From a bacterium (GTDB lineage: Bacteria > Patescibacteriota > Doudnabacteria > UBA920 > VMFF01), in NCBI GenBank assembly GCA_021811585.1, contig JAJZOG010000005.1:725-64724 (forward strand): a DNA stretch of 64,000 nt. Reading direction: 5' to 3'. The translations under genes and the position numbers were made by a program. Positions 39,716-49,350 of the stretch are shown here, piece after piece. Each line of letters opens with the position of its first letter. Positions within the stretch are counted from its first letter, which is position 1. The notes below the pieces were generated by a model. That model saw nothing but the letters and a program-made list of their open reading frames with translations, searched no databases and had not been told where the DNA came from.

Positions 39716-39738
39716 AGCTCAGGTATTTAAAATAAGAC

Positions 39739-40566
39739 ATGGTTATTAATGGAAAAATAATTGCAGACCGCATTTTCTCCGGCTTAAAGCGGGAAATTTC
39801 AAATCTCGGCTTTGTCCCAAAGCTTATTGATATTTATGTCGGCGGCAACAGCGTAATAGAATCATATGTCAATATAAAAGGAAGGCGCGCCCGAGAAATC
39901 GGGATGGGATTTGAGGCCGTGCATTTTCCGGAAACCGCCACGCAGGAAGAAATAGAAAATAAAATAAGGCAGGCGAATTCCAGGCGCGAAGTTTGCGGCA
40001 TCATCGTCCAGTTGCCTTTGCCGCAAAATTTGGACAAGAAAAAAATCTTGGATGCCATAAGCCCGGCTTTGGACGTGGATGCCATCGGCACAGTGAATTC
40101 AGAAAAGTTCATCTCAGGGCAGGAAATTTTCCTTCCGCCAACAGCAGGGGCAATTTTACAAATTTTAGAGCAGTATAAAATTGGCATCGGTTCCGCGAAG
40201 ATCTTGGTAATCGGGGCAGGCGATCTTGTGGGCAAGCCGGTTGCTGTCCTGCTAAAGCGCCGCGGCGCGCAAATTAAAATTGCGGATTCGCAAACGCGCA
40301 ACCTGAAAGAATTGTCCCTGGCAGCGGATATAATAATATCAGGAGCAGGGTCTCCGAAATTGGTCAAGGCAGATATGGTAAAAGAGGGTGCCATTGTGAT
40401 TGACGCCGGCACTTCGGAATCCGGCGGCAGCATTGCAGGGGATGTTGATTTTGAAACTGTCGCTCCGAAATGTTCTCTAATTACGCCTGTGCCGGGCGGG
40501 GTTGGCCCGGTTACAGTGGCAATGCTTTTGCGCAATGCCTTAATGGCCGCCAAGGCAAGGCATTGA
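39739..40566 (+). CDS. folD: Methylenetetrahydrofolate dehydrogenase/cyclohydrolase
   Basis: GIIVQLPLP, VGKP, GDVDF, TPVPGGVGPVTVAML. Confidence 0.94.
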   Translation: MVINGKIIADRIFSGLKREISNLGFVPKLIDIYVGGNSVIESYVNIKGRRAREIGMGFEAVHFPETATQEEIENKIRQANSRREVCGIIVQLPLPQNLDKKKILDAISPALDVDAIGTVNSEKFISGQEIFLPPTAGAILQILEQYKIGIGSAKILVIGAGDLVGKPVAVLLKRRGAQIKIADSQTRNLKELSLAADIIISGAGSPKLVKADMVKEGAIVIDAGTSESGGSIAGDVDFETVAPKCSLITPVPGGVGPVTVAMLLRNALMAAKARH

Positions 40567-40591
40567 CAAGTCCTGTAAAACTCTTTAAAAT
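40563..40591 (+). promoter_or_regulatory. sigma70 promoter of greA
   Basis: TTGACA-17 nt-TAAAAT. Confidence 0.75.
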
Positions 40592-40643
40592 CATAAACAA
40601 TTGCGGCAAATAAGGTCGCATATTTAATTAATCAATCAAAATC

Positions 40644-41123
40644 ATGTCTCAAAAGAAATATTTGTTGACTCCAGAAGGCCTGGAAAAAATAAAAGCCGAA
40701 TTGCAGACGCTTGTGAACGAAAGGCGCAAGGAAGTCATCGAGCGCATTCAGGAAGCTGTTGCCCACGGCGATCTTTCCGAGAACGCCGATTATGCGCAAG
40801 CCAAGGAAGAGCAGTCCTTTATTGAAGGAAGGATCCAGGAGCTTGAAGATATGATAAAAAACGCCGAAATCATCAGTCCAGGCGCAAAACATTCGTCCGT
40901 AACAGTTGGCTCTACGGTTACAGTGTTTGTGGAGGGCAAAGATAATAGCAAACAGGAAAAAAAGTACAGGATAGTCGGCTTCAACGAAGCCAATCCTGCG
41001 CAAGGAAAAATCTCAAACGAATCATTGGTCGGAAAGATTTTGCTTGGAAAAAAGGTAGGTGACAAGACAGCGGTACAGACGCCTGCCGGTGAGATTTATT
41101 ACGAAATTAAGGAAATAGAGTAA
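40644..41123 (+). CDS. greA: Transcription elongation factor GreA
   Basis: LTPEG, HGDLSENADY, ISNES. Confidence 0.96.
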   Translation: MSQKKYLLTPEGLEKIKAELQTLVNERRKEVIERIQEAVAHGDLSENADYAQAKEEQSFIEGRIQELEDMIKNAEIISPGAKHSSVTVGSTVTVFVEGKDNSKQEKKYRIVGFNEANPAQGKISNESLVGKILLGKKVGDKTAVQTPAGEIYYEIKEIE

Positions 41124-41175
41124 AACGGGAATTGAGTAAAACGCCATAATGCAGGATCAGGATAAGGAGGAACAT

Positions 41176-41364
41176 ATGAAAGGTATGTGGCGGGGTATGC
41201 GGCGGATTGTTATTTCAAAGCGCCGTATCTGTCCATATACGGACAGGTGCGGAGCAAGTATAAAATCCGTGCGGCATGGATATTATTGTGCCGCGCACGG
41301 TTTTTTTCGCGGGTTTCGCGTCGGATTTAAAAAATTTGCAGTAAGGATAGCAATCGGCAAATAG
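41176..41364 (+). CDS. Possible small basic Cys/His protein (62 aa)
   Basis: TAAGGAGG 5 nt upstream of ATG; C-x4-C-x12-C-x2-H pattern; overlaps strong hairpins, so it may be non-coding. Confidence 0.3.
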   Translation: MKGMWRGMRRIVISKRRICPYTDRCGASIKSVRHGYYCAAHGFFRGFRVGFKKFAVRIAIGK

Positions 41365-41389
41365 CGAATCAGCCAGAATTAAATTTTTT

Positions 41390-41420
41390 AGCTACTCTTT
41401 ATCAGGGTAGCTTCTTTTTT
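41390..41420 (+). terminator. Rho-independent terminator
   Basis: AGCTACTCT-TTATC-AGGGTAGCT followed by TCTTTTTT. Confidence 0.65.
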
Positions 41421-41447
41421 GCCCAAACTGCCCTAAATTGTTATACT
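41419..41447 (+). promoter_or_regulatory. Putative lysS promoter
   Basis: TTGCCC-17 nt-TATACT with extended -10 TG. Confidence 0.6.
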
Positions 41448-41481
41448 TTATAGGTATTAATTGGATTTTAGCGAAAAACAA

Positions 41482-42942
41482 ATGTCAGAACGGTTGGAAG
41501 ATATAATTGAAAACAGAAGGAAAAAACTGGAAGCCCTGCGAAAACTCGGGATAGACCCATATCCTTCCTCAACAGCACGCGATCATTGTGCGCGCGAGGC
41601 GCTGGATAAATTTAGGGCGCTTTCGAAAAAACAGGCGACAATAACCTTGGCAGGCAGAATAAGAAGCATGCGCGCCCAGGGCAAAATTGCCTTTGCGCAC
41701 ATTGAAGACGGTTCCGGGAGAATCCAGCTTTTTTTCAAGTCAAACGATCTTGGCAAGAAATTTGCTTTGCTGGATTTTTTTGATGTCGGAGATTTTATAG
41801 AAGCCGCGGGCACGCTGTTCACCACAAAAACCGGAGAGAAAACTTTAAATGTCAAAAATTTCCGCATGCTTGCAAAATCCCTGCGGCCATTGCCGAGCGA
41901 ATTTTACGGCTTGGAAAACCAGGAATTGCGCCTGCGAAAAAGGTATTTGGATTTGCTCATGCGCGAGGATGTGCGCGAACTTTTCGCGAAAAAAGCGAAA
42001 TTCTGGCTTGCCATGCAATCCTTTTTGCTTGCCAAGGGCTTTATGCCGGTTGAATTGCCGGTTCTTGAAACAGTGCCGGGCGGCGCTGAAGCCGAACCAT
42101 TTACAACCCATCATAACGCCCTGGACCGCGATTTCTTTCTGCGCATTTCTTTGGAGCTGCCGCTTAAAAAACTCATTGTCAGCGGATATGAAAAAGTTTT
42201 TGAAATCGGAAGGATTTTCCGCAACGAAGGAATCTCCACCGAACATCTCCAGGATTATACTCAAATGGAGTTTTATTGGGCTTATGCCGATTTTGAGGCC
42301 TTAAAAGATTTTGTCCGCGAAATGTACCAACACGTTATCAAGCAAACATTCGGTTCGCTTAAAACGGTATTTCAAGGCAAGGAAATAGATTGGAGCGGCA
42401 AGTGGCCGGAGCAGGATTATTTCAAACTTTTTAAAAAATATACCGGTCTGGATTTAAATGCGGCTTCTGATGCGGATCTTAAAAAATACGCCGAGAGCGG
42501 AAAAATAAAATACGAAAAATTTGCCGGCAGGGGCCGCTTAATAGATTTGATTTTTAAAAAAGTTGTGCGCGTACTCCCGAAGGTCTCGCTGCAGCCCTCG
42601 TTTTTGGTAAATCCTCCCGTGGAAATAGAGCCGCTGGCAAAAAGAAATCCTAAAAATCCGCGCACAGTACAGCGCCTCCAGGTTTTGGCTTGCGGCAGCG
42701 AGCTTGGCAAAGGTTTCGGGGAACTGAATGATCCTCTTGACCAGCGCGCGCGCTTTGAAGAACAAATGAGATTGCGCGAAAAAGGTGATAAGGAAGCCCA
42801 AATGATAGATGAAGATTATTTGGAAGCCATGGAATACGGCATGCCGCCTTTGGCCGGGTTTGGCGTTTCCGAGCGCCTTTTTGCGATCCTAACAGATAAA
42901 TCCATTCGCGAAACTGTTTTGTTTCCGCCAATGGCATCTTAA
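41482..42942 (+). CDS. lysS: Lysine-tRNA ligase, class II (start moved to ATG 41482)
   Basis: GIDPYP, AGRI, RKRYLDL, GGAEAEPF, IFRNEG, YGMPP. Confidence 0.96.
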   Translation: MSERLEDIIENRRKKLEALRKLGIDPYPSSTARDHCAREALDKFRALSKKQATITLAGRIRSMRAQGKIAFAHIEDGSGRIQLFFKSNDLGKKFALLDFFDVGDFIEAAGTLFTTKTGEKTLNVKNFRMLAKSLRPLPSEFYGLENQELRLRKRYLDLLMREDVRELFAKKAKFWLAMQSFLLAKGFMPVELPVLETVPGGAEAEPFTTHHNALDRDFFLRISLELPLKKLIVSGYEKVFEIGRIFRNEGISTEHLQDYTQMEFYWAYADFEALKDFVREMYQHVIKQTFGSLKTVFQGKEIDWSGKWPEQDYFKLFKKYTGLDLNAASDADLKKYAESGKIKYEKFAGRGRLIDLIFKKVVRVLPKVSLQPSFLVNPPVEIEPLAKRNPKNPRTVQRLQVLACGSELGKGFGELNDPLDQRARFEEQMRLREKGDKEAQMIDEDYLEAMEYGMPPLAGFGVSERLFAILTDKSIRETVLFPPMAS

Positions 42943-42946
42943 CCAT

Positions 42947-44221
42947 ATGCTGGACATAAAATTTATCCGTGAAAATCCGGAGGCAGTAAAACAGGGTGCG
43001 GCCGCGAAAAATGCGGACGTGGATGTTTATCGGGTAATTGAAATTGACGAGAAGCGCCGCTTGCTTTTGTCGCAGCTGGAATCCCTGCAGGCAACCAAAA
43101 ATTCCGTGTCCAAAGAAATTCCAAAACTTTCCCCCGCGGACCGCGAGGCAAAGATTTTGGAAATGAAAAACGTAGACGTGCAATCGGAAAAAGTGCGCGC
43201 CGAATTGGATGCCGCTGAAAAAGAATTTAACGCTCTGATGCTGAATATCCCGAACTTGCCGAAAGAAGACGTCAAGATAGGCAAGGATGACAGTGAAAAT
43301 TACGTTATTCGCACCGCAGGAGAACCAACCAGGTTTCCGTTCAAGCCCAAAGATTATATGGAATTGGGCGCTGCTTTGGATATAATCGATACCGAGCGTG
43401 CCGCAAAAACTTCGGGTGCGCGCTTTGGCTTCCTCAAAGGCGGCGGCGCGCTTTTGGAAATAGCCATTTTGAATTTCACAATCGCAAAGCTTTTAAAGCA
43501 CGGCTTCAAACTTATTTTGCCGCCGTACATGGTTAAAGAGGAAATCATGCGCGGCATGGGATATTTGGAACACGGCGGCATTGAAGAAGTGTACTATTTG
43601 GAGAAAGACGGCTTGTATTTGATAGGCACATCAGAGCAGGTCATCGGCGGAATGCATGCCGGAGAAATTTTAAAAGCAGAGGATTTGCCCCTTCGCTATG
43701 CGGGCTTTTCTTCGTGTTTCAGGCGCGAGGCGGGCTCTTATGGAAAAGATACCAAGGGAATTCTGCGCGTGCACCAGTTCGACAAAATTGAAATGTTTTC
43801 ATTCACAACTCCGCAAGAGAGCGATAAGGAGCATGATTTTTTGCTCTCCGTTGAAGAGGAACTAATGCGGGATCTGAAATTGCCTTACCAGGTTTTGGGA
43901 ATTTGCAGCGGAGATTTGGGCGACAGCGCCGCGCGCAAATACGACATTGAAACCTGGATACCTTCCCAGGAAAAATACCGCGAAACCCATTCCACTTCCA
44001 CGACAACGGATTTTCAATCCCGGCGGCTGAACATCCGCTATAAAAACAAAGAAACAGGCAAAAACGAGCTCGTGCACATACTTAACGGTACGGCTTTTGC
44101 AATGGGCAGAATTATTATTGCCATTATTGAAAATTATCAGCAGGAAGACGGCTCGGTAAGAATTCCCGAAGTTCTCCAGCCGTACATGTTCGGCGTGAAT
44201 AAGCTGGTAGTTGGTAGGTAG
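42947..44221 (+). CDS. serS: Serine-tRNA ligase
   Basis: MLDIKFIREN, LIGTSE, FRREAGSYG, RVHQFDKIE, LNGTA. Confidence 0.97.
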   Translation: MLDIKFIRENPEAVKQGAAAKNADVDVYRVIEIDEKRRLLLSQLESLQATKNSVSKEIPKLSPADREAKILEMKNVDVQSEKVRAELDAAEKEFNALMLNIPNLPKEDVKIGKDDSENYVIRTAGEPTRFPFKPKDYMELGAALDIIDTERAAKTSGARFGFLKGGGALLEIAILNFTIAKLLKHGFKLILPPYMVKEEIMRGMGYLEHGGIEEVYYLEKDGLYLIGTSEQVIGGMHAGEILKAEDLPLRYAGFSSCFRREAGSYGKDTKGILRVHQFDKIEMFSFTTPQESDKEHDFLLSVEEELMRDLKLPYQVLGICSGDLGDSAARKYDIETWIPSQEKYRETHSTSTTTDFQSRRLNIRYKNKETGKNELVHILNGTAFAMGRIIIAIIENYQQEDGSVRIPEVLQPYMFGVNKLVVGR

Positions 44222-44411
44222 TAGGTAGTAGCTGATAGTTGGTAGTTAGTAGGTGGTAGTTGGTAGTTGGTAGGTAGTAGTTGGTAGTTGGTAGGTAGTA
44301 GTTGATAGTTGGTAGGTAGTAGTTGATAGTTAGTAGTTAGTAGGTGGTAGTTAGAAGGGAATTTAGTTTGCGTCGCTGTTTTTATCTTAACTACCATCTA
44401 TTATCTACTAT
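44208..44411. repeat. Heptamer array: 21 G-rich units, 36-nt spacer, 3 C-rich units
   Basis: 44208-44354 = 21 x 7 nt, overlapping the last codons and stop of serS; CTACCAT-CTATTAT-CTACTAT at 44391-44411. Confidence 0.93.
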
Positions 44412-44424
44412 TAATAGGAATTTT

Positions 44425-45447
44425 ATGGATACGCGGAGGTTTAATAATCCTTCATACAAACGGCAAATTAACGCGGTGCGCCATTACAGGCGCAATGTTG
44501 TTCCGCGCCCGGAAAGCGCGCTTGGAAGAATTTTCGGCGCCATTGGCCTGGGCAGCGTTTTTCGCAAAATTTGTGCTGCGCTGGTTTTGTTTTTGGCAAT
44601 ATATCTGGTTTATTTTGCCAAATTCCTGCAAATTACGCAGGCGCAAATCTCCGGTGCAGACCAAAAGCAGGAAGCGCAAATTTCTTCGCGTCTCGCTGAT
44701 TATGAAAGGACTTTTAATTTTATTTTCCCGCAAAAAAATATTCTCTTTTTCAGTTCCAAAGGGTTTTCCAAATATCTGCTCGGAAGCGACGTTTCCATTT
44801 CTTCGGTTGCAGGCATCCGGCGCAAACCATTCCATTCTTTGTCAATAACAGTCGTGCAAAAAGTTCCGGCTTTTGTCCTGCAAAGCAACGGGAATTTTTT
44901 TATTTTAAATTCCGACGGCTCGCTTGGCATGGAACTGCCCCCGGGTGATCCGCAAATTTCCGCATACCCCAAAGTCATCGATACCGCGGCTGAAACCGTT
45001 TCGGCCGGGGAAAAATTTTTGCCGCAAAATGAATTTGGCTTTTTATCGTATATGCGGGAAAATTTTCAAAAAGACCTCCGAACAGCCGTGGATCATTTTG
45101 AAATTCCCGGAAAAAACTCCGGTTACCTTACCTTGTATTTGCAAACAGGGGCAAGAATTTATTTTAACAGCGCCGATGATCCGCAAATTTACATGCAAAA
45201 GCTTTTGGGCTTGTGGAATAGCTTGTCAGCAGACCAGCAAAAAAATTTGGCCTATTTTGATTTGCGTTTTAACCCGGATGCTTACGGGTGTTTCCTGGGT
45301 TCTGCGTGCGCCGTCTCGGCTGCCCCGCAATTGCCGCAAGGGCAGCAAAACGGGGCGCAAACGCAATCTCCGGACACTACGCCTTCACAGCCGCCGGCTT
45401 TGCCTGCGCCTGCGCCTGGTTCTGCCTCAGGCAGCACGAATTTGTGA
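44425..45447 (+). CDS. FtsQ/DivIB-like protein (start moved to ATG 44425)
   Basis: Basic N-terminus, single TM, POTRA-like region, YFDLRF near C-terminus, Pro/Gln tail. Confidence 0.7.
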   Translation: MDTRRFNNPSYKRQINAVRHYRRNVVPRPESALGRIFGAIGLGSVFRKICAALVLFLAIYLVYFAKFLQITQAQISGADQKQEAQISSRLADYERTFNFIFPQKNILFFSSKGFSKYLLGSDVSISSVAGIRRKPFHSLSITVVQKVPAFVLQSNGNFFILNSDGSLGMELPPGDPQISAYPKVIDTAAETVSAGEKFLPQNEFGFLSYMRENFQKDLRTAVDHFEIPGKNSGYLTLYLQTGARIYFNSADDPQIYMQKLLGLWNSLSADQQKNLAYFDLRFNPDAYGCFLGSACAVSAAPQLPQGQQNGAQTQSPDTTPSQPPALPAPAPGSASGSTNL

Positions 45448-45459
45448 TAATATAATTTT

Positions 45460-45837
45460 ATGGACAGCGATAAAAAACTTGCAAAAGAGATTGAACAATA
45501 TCAGGAGATTGCTGACCAAACCGGCGGCAAGGTTGATGTTAGCGCCTTAATGCTGGATGCCCTGGAAAAATCCCAGAACAATCTCATTTCATCCAAACAA
45601 AAACACTGGGCATATTTGGTTTCTCTGGGTTTGCCGCCGCTGGGATTGATTTTTTCTTTGGTATTTTGGCTTGGCGGAAAAGACGATGGCAAACGGCAAG
45701 CCATAATTTGTATTATCTTAACCGCGATTTCTCTTATACTCGCCTGGGTTACAATTCAGGCCATGTTTTCAACCGCAGGCGTTAATTACAACCAGCTTCA
45801 GCAGGCGCCGGCGCAACTACAGCAATTATTGCAGTAA
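45460..45837 (+). CDS. Hypothetical membrane protein
   Basis: Two TM segments; 125 aa. Confidence 0.65.
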   Translation: MDSDKKLAKEIEQYQEIADQTGGKVDVSALMLDALEKSQNNLISSKQKHWAYLVSLGLPPLGLIFSLVFWLGGKDDGKRQAIICIILTAISLILAWVTIQAMFSTAGVNYNQLQQAPAQLQQLLQ

Positions 45838-45841
45838 GGTC

Positions 45842-47380
45842 TTATTTAACAAGGTATTTGTCCACCACAATATTAGTTCCAAGATATGGCCTAACATCTG
45901 GCCAGGAATGATGGCTTTTCTCTTGCCAATTCAAAGGCACTGCCGGCGCGGTGCCGCCAAAGCCATTTGTCCAGATTACCCAGACAATGTTTCCAGGAGA
46001 AGCGTTTTCGCTGAAATTTTTCAAGATATCATCTGCACTCATAAGCGCGGTGCCGGAAAAATGCGGTAAATTTTGTATGGAAAGCCCGTCAGTATAGAGT
46101 TGGGGTTTTATTCCCGTATGGTTGTAATATTTGAAATTAAAGAATTCAAAAGAAGAAGCAACGTCTATTTTTTGCCCGCCCTGGGCATTATCATTCAAAA
46201 ATTGTGCTGCCGCGGACATTCCCGGCCTTTGCGAAACATCCAGGTTTTGCCAATTCTTCCGGAAATTGTACAAATTAACGGCAATCAAGGCCGCGAGCAA
46301 GGCATATCCCACGGCTTTTCTTTTTATGTTTAGTAAGAAAATCACCAGTGCAATTGTATAAAACAGGGAAGCAAATATAAAATAGCGATCCAGGAAAATG
46401 GATTGCTTCAGCGAAAGTAGAACCGCTCCTGCAAAAGGCGCGAGCACGCCGAGTATCACCAGCCATTTTTCAAAGTGTTTTTCCGTTTTCGCGAACCTGT
46501 ACAGAAAATAAATCGTAAATATGGTCGCCAGGGCAAGAACAATTTTTACCGCTGTTTTGTTCGCATCTGCCTGCGCGCCTGTCAGGAGTTCATAAAGCGT
46601 CAGCGGAATTGACCAGATGTTCATCTTTGGGATCCAGTAGCTTGCCTGCACTTGCTTGAATTGGAATATAAATGTTTTCAGCCAGGGCACGTAGGACAGC
46701 AAAACCAAAACATATGCGGCTATAAAATAGCGCCACTGTTCCCATTTGAATTTAAAATTCTTATATAAATAGAAGAGACCGTACAAGCCGATTCCGGCGG
46801 CTGTAAAGAAAAGGTAGTAGTGCGTGTAAATGCTTAAGGATGTTGCCAGCGCGAACAAAAACCAGTTGCCCCAAACCGCATCTATGGCTTTGTGCGATAT
46901 TGCGCCGGCGGTTTTTTCCGCAAAATATTGGCGCTGCGCCTTAAACGCCTTAACTAGAAAGTAGGCGGAAATAAGCGCCAGAAACGTTCCCAAAGTGTAC
47001 ATTCTTGCTTCTGTAACATATTGGGTTTGGAAAGGATTTATGGCCAGGATCAAGGCGCAAAAAAGCGCGGCTTTCTCGTTGCCAAATGCTTCTTTTACAA
47101 AAAGGTAGCCGGCAAGAACCATGCCTACGCCGAAGAAAACCGAAAAACCGCGCAAAGCGAATACCGACCAGCCGAATACATAATACCAGAATCGCAGCAG
47201 CACATAATAAATCGGCGGATGCACATCCAGGCCTATCCTGTAAAACATTTCATGCCAGGGATATTTAATCAGTAATGCGGAGAATGCCTCGTCGTGCCAC
47301 AGCGAAATTGCGGCAACATGGTAGAGGCGCAATGCCGTTGCTAAAATTAAAATGAGCACGAGCAAAAGTTTGGAGCGCAT
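45842..47380 (-). CDS. GT-C fold glycosyltransferase (ArnT/PMT-like)
   Basis: SLWHDEA, DVHPPIYY, EARMY; many TMs. Confidence 0.85.
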   Translation of the reverse strand: MRSKLLLVLILILATALRLYHVAAISLWHDEAFSALLIKYPWHEMFYRIGLDVHPPIYYVLLRFWYYVFGWSVFALRGFSVFFGVGMVLAGYLFVKEAFGNEKAALFCALILAINPFQTQYVTEARMYTLGTFLALISAYFLVKAFKAQRQYFAEKTAGAISHKAIDAVWGNWFLFALATSLSIYTHYYLFFTAAGIGLYGLFYLYKNFKFKWEQWRYFIAAYVLVLLSYVPWLKTFIFQFKQVQASYWIPKMNIWSIPLTLYELLTGAQADANKTAVKIVLALATIFTIYFLYRFAKTEKHFEKWLVILGVLAPFAGAVLLSLKQSIFLDRYFIFASLFYTIALVIFLLNIKRKAVGYALLAALIAVNLYNFRKNWQNLDVSQRPGMSAAAQFLNDNAQGGQKIDVASSFEFFNFKYYNHTGIKPQLYTDGLSIQNLPHFSGTALMSADDILKNFSENASPGNIVWVIWTNGFGGTAPAVPLNWQEKSHHSWPDVRPYLGTNIVVDKYLVK

Positions 47381-47384
47381 GGTT

Positions 47385-49307
47385 TTAATATTTATTTGCT
47401 TTTATTATTCCGAAATTTTTTATGATTTTGCCGGCAGCGTTGTAGGCAATTGCCTTAAAATATAAGTTTGATTTTGTACCGTCAAGGTAAGTATAATCGG
47501 TATTGGAAAGATAATCGTTTTGCCCGTTGTCTTTAACCAGAGTTTTTTCCCGGCAGGCAGGGTCAGCGCACTGCCAGATTTTTATGTCCCAATGGTTAAA
47601 AGATTGGTTTTTCCAAGACCAATCAAGGCGGTTGCCGTAGTTTACAATCCAAAACGAGCCGTCGCTGTTTTGCGAATAGCTTGGCGCGGGATTATTTCTG
47701 GTTTCTTCTTCAATGAGCATGTCCGCGTTCAGCAGGCTGGCATTATCAACGCCAAATTGATTGTGCGCGATTGCAATGGCTTTAACGTGCGGATGATATT
47801 GGTTAAATTTTATGCTGTCAAAAAGCGTCGAGGCGGTGAAAATTATTCTGTCGCCTTTGTTTAAGTGAAGCTTGTAGGAATTTGCGGGGTCAATTTCGAT
47901 GTAAGGATTGCCGGTTTGCGTTGTAAGGAAATCCACTGTTTGCACGGAGAACTGGTCGAGCACAAGATAGTTGCGGGTTTTGTCGGGATGTTCGTTCAAA
48001 TAAGTGCTCACGGTTGTGAGGTCGGATCGAAATGCCGCAAAATTTTCCGGAGAATTGTAGGCGTATACAAAATACGAAGAATACGCCTGTATCGTAAGTG
48101 TCGCAAGAAAGAGTGCCAGCGCCGCGGCATAAAGGTATTCCATCCATTTTGGATGCCAGAGCCTGAGCACGGCTCTGCAGAAATAAATTAACCCTGCAGC
48201 AGTGATGCTAAAAACAGCCGGTATTACGCCAATAAGCCGGAGTCCGTGAGGGATGCCTTCGTCTGTTGCAAGTTCCGGAATTGCCATTATCCAGAATATG
48301 GCAACAAGCACAAGGTATTTAAAATGCGCGTTATTTTGTTTGCCGGAAAAGGATTGCCAAATGAATTTAAGCGCCAACCAGAGCATTACAAGCATGGCTA
48401 TGCCGAAGAACGGGCTCACCAGCGGCGGCAAGAACGGATCTCCTGAAATATTTTGCCGCCAGTTTAAATCGCCGTGCGTGAAAAAACCTTCGACAGTTTT
48501 TTTGATGACCTGCAATTCGGTTGCAACCAGGTGGCCGTGGTTCAAATCCTTGTTAAAAACAGAAACCTGGGAAGCCCTGCCGATAAATGATCCGGGATGT
48601 TTGGCAAAATACCAGGCAAGAGGGGAGAAGACAATTATGCCGGAAATCGCTGCAATCCCCAAGGCGCGCTTATATTTGTGCCACCATTGAAAGTTTTGCC
48701 GCCTGTCGATTATAAAAAGAATTATTGCCAGCAGTATCAGCACAGCGGCCAAAGCGCGGTAAGCGATATAGGTGTAAACTCCTCCTGCCAAAAATGCTCC
48801 TGCAAAAATCGCGGACCAAATTTCTTCTTTTTTGGTTTTTGCCTGTATGGCCCTGGCCATGAAATAAAAAGCAAAGCCAGTGAACAGCGGCACAAGGATG
48901 GCGCGAAAACCGGTGCGCGACAAAACAATATGCCAGGAATTTACAGCCATTAAGAAAGCTGCAAGCAAGGCGGTTTTTTTATCAAACAGCCGTACAGTGA
49001 AAAAATATGCCGCAAGAACCGAAAGCGTTCCGATTGCCGCCGCGACAATATGCAACTGCCAGACGCCGCGCCCGAAAATTGCCACGCTCATTGCTTCCAG
49101 CAAAAAGAAAAGCCCTTCGCGGCCGTTGCCGCGGCCGTAAAATGGCTGAACATGCCCTTTTAAAATATTGTTCACATCCAGCCCGTTTGCCGCTTCATCC
49201 GGGAAAAGGCCGCCTGGCATTTGTTTTATAAGGTAAAACCGAAAAAATGCGGCCAGCGCTAAAATTGCCAAAATTGCAATTAAAATCCAAAAATTTTTTT
49301 TACCCAT
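47385..49307 (-). CDS. GT-C fold glycosyltransferase (ArnT/PMT-like) with extracellular C-terminal domain
   Basis: LFPDEAANG, GREGLF, SRTGFR; many TMs. Confidence 0.85.
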   Translation of the reverse strand: MGKKNFWILIAILAILALAAFFRFYLIKQMPGGLFPDEAANGLDVNNILKGHVQPFYGRGNGREGLFFLLEAMSVAIFGRGVWQLHIVAAAIGTLSVLAAYFFTVRLFDKKTALLAAFLMAVNSWHIVLSRTGFRAILVPLFTGFAFYFMARAIQAKTKKEEIWSAIFAGAFLAGGVYTYIAYRALAAVLILLAIILFIIDRRQNFQWWHKYKRALGIAAISGIIVFSPLAWYFAKHPGSFIGRASQVSVFNKDLNHGHLVATELQVIKKTVEGFFTHGDLNWRQNISGDPFLPPLVSPFFGIAMLVMLWLALKFIWQSFSGKQNNAHFKYLVLVAIFWIMAIPELATDEGIPHGLRLIGVIPAVFSITAAGLIYFCRAVLRLWHPKWMEYLYAAALALFLATLTIQAYSSYFVYAYNSPENFAAFRSDLTTVSTYLNEHPDKTRNYLVLDQFSVQTVDFLTTQTGNPYIEIDPANSYKLHLNKGDRIIFTASTLFDSIKFNQYHPHVKAIAIAHNQFGVDNASLLNADMLIEEETRNNPAPSYSQNSDGSFWIVNYGNRLDWSWKNQSFNHWDIKIWQCADPACREKTLVKDNGQNDYLSNTDYTYLDGTKSNLYFKAIAYNAAGKIIKNFGIIKANKY

Positions 49308-49314
49308 TTTTATT

Positions 49315-49343
49315 TTGAAAAAATACCGAATTTCCTGTATAAT
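49315..49343 (+). promoter_or_regulatory. sigma70 promoter, probably giving a leaderless transcript
   Basis: TTGAAA-17 nt-TATAAT, 7 nt before ATG 49351. Confidence 0.6.
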
Positions 49344-49350
49344 GCAGGAA

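Noticed and set aside
41124-41481. T-box riboswitch, tRNA, tmRNA, SRP or RNase P RNA upstream of lysS
   Set aside because: No T-box consensus, cloverleaf or other signature motif; lysS has its own promoter after the terminator.
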